57,549 nucleotides of DNA. Source: Tubiluchus corallicola. Its lineage: Eukaryota; Animalia; Priapulida. Shown here piece by piece: positions 39,027 through 49,684 of the stretch. Where the stretch lies: positions 1-57,549 of the forward strand of contig JAQGDQ010001172.1 of assembly GCA_030141605.1 (NCBI GenBank). The letters are read 5' to 3'. The notes under the pieces were generated by a model. The model was not told the DNA's origin and made no database searches. It saw only the letters and a list, made by a program, of their open reading frames with translations. The position numbers were made by a program, and so were the translations under genes. Position 1 is the first letter of the stretch, and the number at the start of each line of letters is the position of its first letter.

Positions 39027-39468
39027 CAATTGTTTTGTTTATATATTTGACTCGCTAGACATATCTGGTAAACTGTTTCAGTGTGAAAGGTCTTGAGCAA
39101 AGGAAAGACTTGCAAAAAATTATTTAATTCTGTTTGTATAGTTAATACTGTGAATTTGTACCCTACATTCTTAAATAAAGTTTTTATGTATAAGGTATTT
39201 TATTTCATACTGATCAATTTTGTTAACGCATAAACACAACTATTAGCTTACGTTTAAAAGGAATGAAACATATGTTGATTTTCATTATAAAAACATAATC
39301 ATTTGTCGTAGTTCAATATTTACATGTTAAACTTTTAATTGAATTCATATAGAGGTTGTAACACACAGGTCCAAGAAGTTCCACCAATGAACAAGCACTA
39401 TACATTTCCGTTACTTTTTTAGCAAAAAGAAAATATATTTTACACATTAGAATGAAATATAACAACAG

Positions 39469-42400
39469 CTATTCAAAGAGATTACAAAAATCAAAGCTTC
39501 CATCGAGATCAATGTCTTCAACGGATGCTGGCATATCTTGAGTTAAATAATTGTATTGCAAATGATGCGTTTGCGATGCATCGGTGTCAAAATTCAATAA
39601 ATCAATAATAGGGGCGAGATTGAAATATGTTGGAACAGGTTCTTTTGATTGTGGAATATCATTGCAAGCTTGTATTGGTGGCAGTTTTTGTAGCTGACTG
39701 CCTCTTGCTTTGACACCAGGAGCGCCTTTGTCGTTTCGGTCGTCTATGCTGCCTTGCGCTGTGAAACTGCTTGACAAAGAAATGGGAGCTGATTCAAAAG
39801 AAGGTTGCATGTCGACTGAGGAGTGTAGATTTGGAATTCGATCTACCTTTCCGTGAATGCTCGGATAGCTTAGCCTGTTTGCTTGCTGTATCCATTGTTC
39901 CTCTGGCTTATGGAAAAGTGGTTGAATTCTCATAGAATTTTGTTGCTGCCCATTAACTGACTCTCCACTGATGTGGCTGTTGGAATATTGACATGCTAGG
40001 TGCCTATCAACATAGTTAGTTGTATTTTGAGTTTTTGTTTGTGCTTGTGACCATTGCCCCGTTTCTTTGTGGGTCCGTTGATGAAGTGACGGATGATGAG
40101 TCAGTGGCCAACTTTGCTGTAAACATGTTTTTTCACTCGTATTCGGTGCATTAGTAAAATGTGTCTCATTAAACATGTCGTTTCTTCTTGCATCTAACAC
40201 ATTGTTTTGTGTAGTGGTATCATTAAGCGATGCATAGTCTATCACTTCATTTGTTACACTAGCTAACGGAGAATACGTAAGAGCATTAGCCTCAGGATTT
40301 TCAACATACGAGTGACCGTGTTGAATAAAATACTTTGATTGGTTACTGATACTTGATTGCGTCACCTGACCCGTATATGCGAGTATACGTCCCACTTCTG
40401 ATTCAAAGTCCATGTCGCCGAAGTTGTGTGACGTTGAGTCGGCTTCGGATAATTTTACGTCGCCGGGCGGCTCTTTGGAGTTTTGATTCAGTGTATTTCT
40501 GGCTAACGTCTGACTTCCCAGAGTGTTAAATGGAGGAATAATTGATTGCGGTTCTTGAGGAGACAGCTGAGACGAATGTGTGTCATGTTTCAGAGTCCTT
40601 TCCATGTTATTTGCCGTACCAACTAATTTTGCTATTGCAGTTATTGGTGAAATATCGTGTGCATCGTCATAAACCAAGTTCGATAACTTGGCTGCTATGT
40701 TTTCTGTAGTTGCAGTATTAGCTAGAGTTGCTGTGGTATCAGGCAATGCTATATTTTCCATGTGCTTGCCCTTTAATGCATCAGGCAATGCTATATTTTC
40801 CATGTGCTTCTCCTTTAATGCATCAGGCAATGCTATATTTTCCATGTGCTTCTCCTTTAATGCATCAGCCAATGCTATATTTTCCATGTGCTTCTCCTTT
40901 AATGCATCAGGCAATGCTATATTTTCCGTGTGCTTCTCCTTTAATGCATCAGGCAATGCTATATTTTCCATATGCTTCTCCTTTAATGCATCAGGCAATG
41001 CTATATTTTCCATGTGCTTCTCCTTTAATGCATCAGGCAATGCTATATTTTCCAGGTGCTTCTCCTTTAATGCCAAATGCTTTCGCATTCCAATTCTTTC
41101 ACGTAAAAATCCTTGTGACGATCTTTGAGCGCTACTAACTTTTTTGTATTTACGTGAATGGTATTGCTTACTTCTTACGTAGAATTTTTCTCTATTTTTT
41201 ACGCTCATCGCGTTTAGAAAATGTCTCGCTTTCAGATTTAATTCTCTCTTTCTGGTAAACGGCCAGACGTGTTCCGTACATTGTTGCTGTTTTGCCGTCC
41301 TCCTGTCACGACTTTTCACTCTGTCGTACATAGATGGCGCTGTGTTGTCGTTTACAGGTAACTGTTGACTCTCTTCACATCTTCCCTGCTGTAACAAACA
41401 TTTGGAATCACTTGCAAACTTTGCTTTCACTGGATATGATTGACTATTTCTATTTTTGGCTTCTTTATTTAGTTTCCTCTTACATTTTGCCGTGTCTGTG
41501 CTTTTGTTCTTCGCCTTTTCTATCAATGTTTCTTTCAGTTGTTTTTCTGCATCCAGCTCTTGCTTGTTACTAATTTCTTTCATTGCTGATACATGCTCCA
41601 TGTTGGTTTCTATTTCGGACGTTTGTAAGGTGTCAACGTCCATGGGAAGATTCCTGTGATCAGGGATCAGAGATTGTACCCGATCGTCATCGGCGATGGT
41701 TGCAGAAATGATTTTCCTGTTTTCTGCTGTTGCCTGCGCATCTGTTGTTGAATTATCTTGATGATGAGAGCTCAGTGGTGATGGTGTTTGCTGCGATAAA
41801 TGTAGGGAGTTCAAAACTCCCATTGCGATTCTTCCCTTGCCATTAGTTCCAAGTGAGTCGAAATTGCACAGTGATCTTCCTCTTGCTGAATAGAGCTGGC
41901 AGTTTATGTATAACATTTGATCTTGCTGCAATTTCGTGTTTTGACTTGCACAAAGATTAAGAGGTATTTCCTGATGAATATGAGGTGGTTCTGCTGCAAA
42001 ATTTTCTCTTTTTTCATGTGACCTACAGGTGTCCAGCTGTACATCCCTGTGATGCAAAGGCCTGTTAAAAAGTTCATCTTTTTTCTTATCTTGTTCTACA
42101 GGTGATGACTGACTTTTTGCAAGAGGACTACATACACCGCCATGCACGTGTGTTGGTACACTGCGGTTCTTTGCTTTACTAAGGTCAACTGGTGTTTTCT
42201 GATAACTCGTGGAGAGATCAATAGGCATTTCCTGCATTTGAAGGGGTTCATTATGCAAATTTGGACCCTTTTTCTTGAAAAATTTGGATGAGGTAGAAAG
42301 ATCCAGTGGTGCATCTTGAGTTATAACTGCTTTGCAATGATCTACTGTCTCTTCATGAATCTTGACAGTTGGAAAAGAAGATATTTGATATCCTGTTTCT

Positions 42401-44646
42401 TGATTAGTCATAAATGTCTGGCAAGAATCATCTTTGTCCTTTAGGTTTACTTTGTCTTTGCAAGACATGGATAACTCGGAACGATTTGCCGGTGTCTGCT
42501 TAAGACAGGTAACTGTCTCGCAATCATTTGGTTGCTTTTCATCATTTGTGCACGCCTTATGTGGATTTAGAATATCGTCTAGTAGTTCCTTGCTGTTCTG
42601 GCATGAATTCAACTGTCCACCTGCATTTGCTAAAGAGTTTGCAAAGAGAGAGAGTTTATTGAAAATATGATCATTGGCTTGCACATCTTGTGCAGAATTC
42701 TTTTTTATTAAATCATTCTTCTTGTTGCTCATTTTGCTGTTAGCATTTGAGTCATGCGTGTCAGCAACAATACTAGTAATTGAACATTTTGCTAACTGAG
42801 ATTTGTCAGAAATTTGAACTGCGCCGAAGTTTTCCATATTGTTGTGAGGTTTAGGAGAGACTTTGAATTCAATTTCTGTATTATTGCTGCCCGCACCAAA
42901 TCTATCATTAATTGTGTTAGTGTTAAGTGATGAATTGCTGTTGTTATCAGCATTTTTCAACTTTTTGCAACGTTTTTTCCGCCGTCGACTCCATTTCTTT
43001 GTTTCGTAAGCTCTTCTGATTTCCAGAGAGCGCGATGTCGCGGATCTTTTCTTCCTTCTGCACATTTGTTTTTTCATGTTTTCTGAAGCCGTCAAAGCAG
43101 CTGTTCTTTTCGTTGGCAAGTCCGCTGATTCTTCAACATTGGATTCTACGATCCACTTGTATCCTTTTGGTAATTTCGTTTGGCAACTGCTATTTAGTGG
43201 AACCATTTTGTTACTATCATTTAATGGTAGTTTCCCTTCAGCAGAAAACTGAGAAACGTCACATTTTGTTAATTTTTCTTCCTCTTTTTTGCTCTTACAC
43301 TTTCCTGTATCTCCATTGAGTACCTCCATGTGTGGTTTCCTTCTCCTCTTTCTAAATTGTTGCTCTTCTGGCAAATTTTGAGTTTCTGCCATTTTTTGGT
43401 CACTTTTAACGATTTTCTTATCATGTTCAGCGATGGTGTTATCAGCCCCGTGCTGTTCGAGTTTTTGCAGTTGCGTTTCTTTATAGTTTGTGTCCAACTT
43501 CTTCAACGCGCAACCTTTACACTTTTCTGATGATTCGTTGAGGTCGTGTGCTTTCTTTTCTTCTACTCCAATGGTTACCCTTTCATCAGCGACCAAGCTC
43601 TTGACACAGTGCAGAAGCAGTCTACTACAAGAAGTGGTAAATGTAGGGATGGATTCTTGATTAGACAAATTACTGCTAGCTGCCCGACCATCAGCAGAAT
43701 CTGCAAGACACGATTTTGAATGAATTTTAGACATTCCTTCAGTTCGTCTTTTCTTGTGCACGAGTTTCGGAATTTTGGTGTTATTCTCACAAGCTTCGTT
43801 ATCATTTCCTATTTTTCCACTAGTGAGTTCTTCTACTACTTTACACTTACTTTTACAATCATCGACATTGTTGTTGCTTAGTGCAATCATTTGTTCTTTT
43901 ATTAGTTTTTTAGCTTCAGCTGCTTTTCTTCTGACTGATGCTAAATCTTGCTTATTCTCAAAAATAGAAACATGTCTAAACGGTTCGTTCGTCCACGCCC
44001 ATCCTCGGGGTAATTTTTGGAGTTTACTGAATTCCGTTGATGAGAAACTAGAAGTTTGATGATTAGTGGTTGCCTTTGAAGAGATGGAACTGCTACTGTT
44101 ATTACTGGATGGCGCATTGGTTTCTGTAGCATTGATCAACTCTTTACTATAGAATAACTGGTTCCCTACGTTATTATGGGCTTGGAAGTGAGCAGTATTG
44201 TCCGTTTCGCCATTGTCCACTTCTGTAATTGTTGCCTTTTTGTCTCTTCTCGTCTGGAACTTTCCATCATGGTAGTCTTCGCGTGAGCTCATCGGCTTGT
44301 CCTCTCTGCCATTCAAAATAAGCTTTTCAAAATGGTCACTATCATTAGAAATGATTTGTTGTTGTTGTTGTTGTTGTATTTGTTGTTGATGATGATGATG
44401 ATGATGATGATGTTGTTGTTGATGATGATGACGATGTTGTTGTTGTTGATGATGTTGTTGTTCTTGTTGATGATGATGTTGTTGTTTTTGTTGATGATGA
44501 TGTTGTTGTTGTTGTTGATGACGATGACGATGTTGTTGTTGTTGTTGATGATGATGATGTTGTTGTTGTCGTCGTCGTTGTTGTTGTTGTGCAGCTTGTG
44601 TAAATTTTGTATCTTCTACGTCATTTGTGCCATCCACCTTTCCCAT
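39469..44646 (-). CDS. Large single coding exon, 1725 aa; low-complexity nuclear protein, putative transcriptional co-regulator with PXDLS motifs
   Basis: 5.2-kb stop-free frame in AT-rich DNA; polyQ/H N-terminus, basic clusters (FRKRRRKP, RRRKKRCKKLK), PLDLS/PIDLS/PVDLS, acidic-hydrophobic C-terminus; AATAAA ~270 nt downstream (39199-39204). Start codon and function uncertain. Confidence 0.9.
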   Translation of the reverse strand: MGKVDGTNDVEDTKFTQAAQQQQRRRQQQHHHHQQQQQHRHRHQQQQQHHHQQKQQHHHQQEQQHHQQQQHRHHHQQQHHHHHHHHQQQIQQQQQQQIISNDSDHFEKLILNGREDKPMSSREDYHDGKFQTRRDKKATITEVDNGETDNTAHFQAHNNVGNQLFYSKELINATETNAPSSNNSSSSISSKATTNHQTSSFSSTEFSKLQKLPRGWAWTNEPFRHVSIFENKQDLASVRRKAAEAKKLIKEQMIALSNNNVDDCKSKCKVVEELTSGKIGNDNEACENNTKIPKLVHKKRRTEGMSKIHSKSCLADSADGRAASSNLSNQESIPTFTTSCSRLLLHCVKSLVADERVTIGVEEKKAHDLNESSEKCKGCALKKLDTNYKETQLQKLEQHGADNTIAEHDKKIVKSDQKMAETQNLPEEQQFRKRRRKPHMEVLNGDTGKCKSKKEEEKLTKCDVSQFSAEGKLPLNDSNKMVPLNSSCQTKLPKGYKWIVESNVEESADLPTKRTAALTASENMKKQMCRRKKRSATSRSLEIRRAYETKKWSRRRKKRCKKLKNADNNSNSSLNTNTINDRFGAGSNNTEIEFKVSPKPHNNMENFGAVQISDKSQLAKCSITSIVADTHDSNANSKMSNKKNDLIKKNSAQDVQANDHIFNKLSLFANSLANAGGQLNSCQNSKELLDDILNPHKACTNDEKQPNDCETVTCLKQTPANRSELSMSCKDKVNLKDKDDSCQTFMTNQETGYQISSFPTVKIHEETVDHCKAVITQDAPLDLSTSSKFFKKKGPNLHNEPLQMQEMPIDLSTSYQKTPVDLSKAKNRSVPTHVHGGVCSPLAKSQSSPVEQDKKKDELFNRPLHHRDVQLDTCRSHEKRENFAAEPPHIHQEIPLNLCASQNTKLQQDQMLYINCQLYSARGRSLCNFDSLGTNGKGRIAMGVLNSLHLSQQTPSPLSSHHQDNSTTDAQATAENRKIISATIADDDRVQSLIPDHRNLPMDVDTLQTSEIETNMEHVSAMKEISNKQELDAEKQLKETLIEKAKNKSTDTAKCKRKLNKEAKNRNSQSYPVKAKFASDSKCLLQQGRCEESQQLPVNDNTAPSMYDRVKSRDRRTAKQQQCTEHVWPFTRKRELNLKARHFLNAMSVKNREKFYVRSKQYHSRKYKKVSSAQRSSQGFLRERIGMRKHLALKEKHLENIALPDALKEKHMENIALPDALKEKHMENIALPDALKEKHTENIALPDALKEKHMENIALADALKEKHMENIALPDALKEKHMENIALPDALKGKHMENIALPDTTATLANTATTENIAAKLSNLVYDDAHDISPITAIAKLVGTANNMERTLKHDTHSSQLSPQEPQSIIPPFNTLGSQTLARNTLNQNSKEPPGDVKLSEADSTSHNFGDMDFESEVGRILAYTGQVTQSSISNQSKYFIQHGHSYVENPEANALTYSPLASVTNEVIDYASLNDTTTQNNVLDARRNDMFNETHFTNAPNTSEKTCLQQSWPLTHHPSLHQRTHKETGQWSQAQTKTQNTTNYVDRHLACQYSNSHISGESVNGQQQNSMRIQPLFHKPEEQWIQQANRLSYPSIHGKVDRIPNLHSSVDMQPSFESAPISLSSSFTAQGSIDDRNDKGAPGVKARGSQLQKLPPIQACNDIPQSKEPVPTYFNLAPIIDLLNFDTDASQTHHLQYNYLTQDMPASVEDIDLDGSFDFCNLFE
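40738..41073 (-). repeat. Coding 42-bp tandem repeat, 8 x ALKEKHMENIALPD
   Basis: Seen in DNA and translation. Confidence 0.97.
44352..44590 (-). repeat. Coding (CAA)/(CAT)/(CGA/CGT) tract giving polyQ/polyH
   Basis: Direct reading. Confidence 0.95.
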
Positions 44647-44956
44647 AATTTTCTTTTTTAATTCAATGGCGTAGCTTTACAGAGCTGTAATGGCTTCGTC
44701 CTCCTGGAGCTTCTCTTTAGCCCGCTCTTCACTTTCACTCAAATTAGCATTAATCAGTAATCTAAATTATAAGGAAACGTTGAATTGCTAAGCATCATTA
44801 TCCAAACAGGATCGATATTAGCTGTCGGTGGATGTTGGAGCTCTTGAGAGTACTGATTGCTTTCATCTCTACGGAAACTTGGTATCTAAAAGAGAAGAAA
44901 GATACTGACGTAAACATTTAATGTTGTTACACATGGGCCTTAGGTTGTACGTATTA

Positions 44957-45300
44957 AGTAAGTAAGTAAGTAAGTAAGCAATTTATTGTCATTATTGCAT
45001 AATACATACAATGAAATTTATGTGGTTTTACGTTCTGCAATATCTTATGGAAACAACAAGGAGATTAACACAAATAATTCAATCAGTTGTACAGTGAAAC
45101 AGAGAATTAATATTGGCGATTTACTGAAATTTACTGTTGATGGTGCGAATTGCAATGGGATAGAAAGAATTTAAACTTCTTGCGGTTTTTGCATTAATTA
45201 ACTGGAATCTACAACCAGAGGGGAGTATTTTAAGCTAAATGTTATTTCTTTTTCTATTAAACTTCATTTGTGGCACATAGTTGAGTACAGTACTATTTTA
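44957..45300 (-). mobile_element. Rex1/Babar-like LINE 3' fragment
   Basis: ILPSGCRFQLINAKTARSLNSFYPIAIRTIN matches the LPSG..R...T.R..NSF.P.AIR pattern; TGACAATAAA then (CTTA)n tail. Confidence 0.8.
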
Positions 45301-45377
45301 AAAATTTACCCATATTCATTTAAACTTTTCACTTAAAAATTGTCTTCAGTACAACTACATGCACATTTGGTAATGGG

Positions 45378-45850
45378 TACAAAATTTACACAAGCTGCAC
45401 AACAACAATAACAACATCATCATCAACAACAACAACGACATCATCATCATCAACAACAACAACAACGACATCATCATCATCAACAACAACAATGACAACA
45501 ACAACATCATCATCATCATCATCAACAACAACAACAACAACAACAACATCATCATCATCAACAGCAACAACAACATCATCATCATCATCAACAACAACAA
45601 CAACAACAACATCATCATCATCATGAACAACAACAACATCATCATCAACAACAACAACAACATCATCATCAACAACAGCAACATCATCATCATCATCAAT
45701 AACAACAACAACATCATCATCATGAACAACAACAACAACAACAAGGACGACAACAAAAACATCATCATCAACAACCTCATCATCAACAACAACAACAACA
45801 ACAACATCATTATCAACAACAACAACTACAACAACAACAACAACAACAAA
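45378..45850 (+). repeat. Inverted, expanded copy of the polyQ/H-coding tract with its unique flank
   Basis: TACAAAATTTACACAAGCTGCACAACAACAA is the reverse complement of 44581-44611. Confidence 0.9.
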
Positions 45851-46087
45851 TGCATGACGAAAATGGGTCAAGCCTGAAAAAATTAGAATGTTTCACAGGA
45901 CAACTTAGCTGAGTCTAATCCATAGAAAGTTTTTAGCATTTTCAAATGGACAGAGAGAAATCTTGTTAAGAAAAAATGTCTCTTTTCATGACAGTACTTA
46001 TAACTCTGTAAGGTAGAGATTGCCTTTTGAAGAGGTAGCAGAGAAAGCCTTTTGTTGTGAGAGTATTGTTGGCTATTAGTTGACTGT

Positions 46088-46226
46088 AGGACAAAGGGTC
46101 CACCTGTCAACCTACCACTGGACAAATGACCACCCCAGACAAAGGACCATTGAACAAAGGACCATTTTACCACTTTCAAAGTTTTGAGAGAACCACCAGT
46201 TAGGCAGGTGGACAAAGGACCACCGT
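46088..46226. repeat. Cluster of short GACAAAGGACCA-like motifs
   Basis: About 5 interspersed variants, as seen in transposon subterminal regions. Confidence 0.55.
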
Positions 46227-47071
46227 AGACGTGCTGAAATTAGCTTTTGCGAAATTGCAAGTTTCACCTAACGTGAATATTTCATTTAATAAAGCATGAC
46301 TGAATTTTTGGCGCTCATTTTATTGATTGATAAATGTCTTTTAATTTTTTATTTCATTTCTATTTAAAATATATTTAAACATACATAGCTTTATATATGT
46401 ATATATATATATAATCATACATATATATAAACATACATACGTAAAAAAGTTAAAATATTCAGCTGTACACAGGACATATTATAGATAAAAAACAAACAAA
46501 TACACAAGAACAACAGATAGAAAACTAATCAGAATTATAAAAAAGCATTTTTATTAAGTAGGCTTGGAGATAAAGTTTTTAATATTATTTTAGTATGCTT
46601 TTAATATTAAAACACTCTATTGCAATAGATGTCACTCGCCTAATTATTGTCACCAGACAATAATAAGCATTTATTGTCACTGGGAAATGTATCAAGGTTT
46701 GACTGTTTCTTGCAAGGAAGGGCGTTACTCCCTCTGTCTCAACTTAAATAGTGTTTATCAGTGGTAGGTTCCAAAATAATAGGTCTCTGTATCATTGTAA
46801 CGAAAACATCAGACAGTAGATCCAATTTCTTTGTTTTTGCTCTAACATTTAAAGAAAAGCTAGTTAGAAATGAGACTTGCTTCTCACAGATTACATCATT
46901 CTCATCAAGATAATATTTCCAAACTGTTTTGTTAAACCTAATAATGTTCACCTCCAAATTTTTTATACATATTTGAAGTTTTAAAGATTTATATTTTATT
47001 ATACTTTTTTAATTTTTTTTCAAAGTTTATTTTTTTTTAATCTATGTCACTATTGAATTGTCTGATGTATG

Positions 47072-47511
47072 TGGTCAAAACATGATCAGCATTGTCAACC
47101 AGAGACAATAGTCTTTTATGGTCAAAACATGATCAGCATTTTCAACCAGAGAGAATCATCTTTTCTGGCCATAACATATTACGCATTGTCAACCAGAGAC
47201 AATCATTTTTTTGGTCAAAACATGATCAGCATTGTCAACCAGAGACAATCATTTTTTTGGTCAAAACATGATCAGCATTGTCAACCAGAGACAATCATTT
47301 TTTTGGTCAAAACATGATCAGCATTGTCAACCAGAGACAATCATTTTTTTGGTCAAAACATGATCAGCATTGTCAACCAGAGACAATCATTTTTTTTGGT
47401 CAAAACATGATCAGCATTGTCAACCAAAGACAATCATCTTTTTCTGATCAAAACATAATCAGCATTGCCAGCCACAGAGACAATCGTCTTTTCTGGTCAA
47501 AACATGATCAA
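47072..47511. repeat. 46-bp minisatellite, ~9.5 copies
   Basis: Unit GGTCAAAACATGATCAGCATTGTCAACCAGAGACAATCATTTTTTT. Confidence 0.96.
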
Positions 47512-48690
47512 CCTTGCAACACTTACTGGCAGTGCCAAGCTTAATCACTTACACAGCACTCTCCACATGTCCCCAATATAAGTCAAACGTTATTAATTAG
47601 AACAACTAACTCTAAGCAGTGAAGACAATCTTCATTTATCGCTGCACCTCCTCGTTGCAAATTACTTCTGACTGCGACAAAATGCCAATAATTAGATCTT
47701 TGATGAGACACGTCCTAAGCTGCATGTGCAAAAAATCTTTAATATGATGGGTTTAGATTAAGAAAAGAGGAAATTAGAAAAGAGATTATATACGCCGGCG
47801 AAACCCAAGCGATGAAGCCTGACGAATGATGATGATAATAAAATCGAGCAATTTATACAAAACAAATAAAATTGATCTGAGCTCGCCGGCCGTACATTAA
47901 TACAAACTTGGATACGATTTCAACTCCGGGGAATTTTTGTTACTTATCTAATGCAAGTCGAGATGCTTTCAGTTTGTGTAAATTCGGTCGACTCAAGTCG
48001 AATCATCTCTCTTGCAGGATGGAATGATTACCGCCGAAGCAGGGATAATTCCATCAAGTACCGTGCAATTAAAGTGGCAGACATCGTGGACAGGCGTTAA
48101 TGAGAAGTGCTGACAGGTCTAAGTAATCAAGGTGGGTTGACACGACGAAGGTTTCGTCTCCTTGTCTTCGTGCATCGATATTAATCGTCGCCGGTAATTG
48201 TTAAATTAAATTCTCAGATGAAGGCAAATGCGATACAATATTGCGATATTTATAGATGGCGTGCTTAGCGCTACTTCCATCTGAGAATGCAATTATCAAT
48301 TAGGGGCGTTTATGAGTCGTATATGATACGCATAATATAAAATGGTTTATATTGCAACTTAATAACACATTAGGGCCACGCAGCATCACTTATTCCAACT
48401 CAGGCAAATTGAAATGGGTTGACAAACCTATTCTACCATGTCAGAATTGCATCTAAATTGGCCGGCTATAATCCATTTACTGAAACATTAACTTAAGAGG
48501 TGCAAAAAGTTCCGGAGGTTGTCGTAAACATGGACGAAAGCTTGTTGCTGAAGCTGATGATGATGCTGAGTGTAAATTTGATTCAAATTTGCTGACAATT
48601 ACTGTTCTTAAATTATGCGTTTTAATTATGTAATAATTACAACATCATAATGGATATTAAAAAGCAATTTTTATTACAGGCATATAATAA

Positions 48691-48988
48691 TATTTATAGT
48701 TAAAAAAAAACACAGCTTTATTAAAAACTTTTACATTAAAAAGTTAAAATTAACATAAACTTTAAGCTACTGTATTAATTTCTTTACTGGTCTAATTATT
48801 ACTCACTTAGTTAATTACTTAATTAGTGCATTATAGGATCTGATTATATAAACTGGTTGTATGTTTGTAAATTTACCACTGATGATGACTACAGCAACAG
48901 CTAGCCTAAACAATTTGGCATGATTTTAACTTTTAACTTTTTCATGTAAAAGTTTTTAATAAAATTGTGTTCTTTTTAACTATAAACA
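48691..48988 (+). mobile_element. Penelope-like family B terminal fragment with an inverted copy of its 3' end at the 5' side
   Basis: 48765-48988 is homologous to 37178-37408; 48691-48752 is the reverse complement of 48924-48988. Confidence 0.75.
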
Positions 48989-49059
48989 TTAAACATTTAT
49001 ACATTTTAGTGAATTGTATTATTATTTCTGGCTGTGGTGTCATTAATAGTTTAAAACCA

Positions 49060-49269
49060 CATTCTGGCTCCCTTGCTAAGGCTAATCCCCTAAGAGGAGT
49101 CACTGAACCAATGGAGGTATCACTATAGCATACGAAACCACCCTGGGCGAGCATAGAACCTGGGCAGCCACTCATCCGTTCACTGAACAACTTTGAATTG
49201 CTTAATTTAGATTGCTAAGTACACGCCATGACCAGTCGGCTTTTCATCTCAGCCCATAAATTGGCTACC
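49060..49269 (-). mobile_element. 5S rRNA-derived SINE-like sequence
   Basis: AATTAAGCAA...TCAGTGAACGGATGAGTGGCTGCCCAGG resembles the 5S internal control region; homologous to 49685-49800. Confidence 0.45.
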
Positions 49270-49684
49270 CTATAATTTTGGTGGCAGTTTCTTGTTTTTT
49301 ATTGTTTAACAATGTTTTAATCATGTGTAAAAATGTTTCTGAAATTGAAAATGCACATGTGAAGTTATTAATTCTCCTTCTGCACTCGTCTGGCTTCATT
49401 CTAAACTTAGTCAATCAAGCTGTCAACTGTTCGTGTTTGACGAGTCAATATGTTAGACATAGGACCACAGTTTGACAAGATTATCGGAAAGCTACTTATG
49501 TAAGGGTATAAGGTTGCATTGCTGCTAATGTCAACTCAATTAATAAGACATGTCAACAAGTTTCTGTTAGATGTTCAGCAAGTAGACGTATGTTTAAATT
49601 GAAGTCAAAAATATTTTTGTTGATTTTTTATGTTGGTCAATTAGTCACCCATACGTTTAATTTCAGTACAGGTTCATTCAGATT

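Noticed and set aside
39469-44890. Alternative genetic code (TAA/TAG = Gln) to explain in-frame stops
   Set aside because: The Gln-rich 1725-codon ORF uses no internal TAA/TAG and ends in TAG
47790-47836. Hammerhead from CGAAAC...CTGACGA
   Set aside because: No NUH site or stems in the required order; more like a LINE 3' end with a (GAT)n tail
48136-48178. Minus-strand hammerhead-like CACGAAGA...CGAAACCTTCGTC
   Set aside because: Core lacks U4 and stem II does not pair
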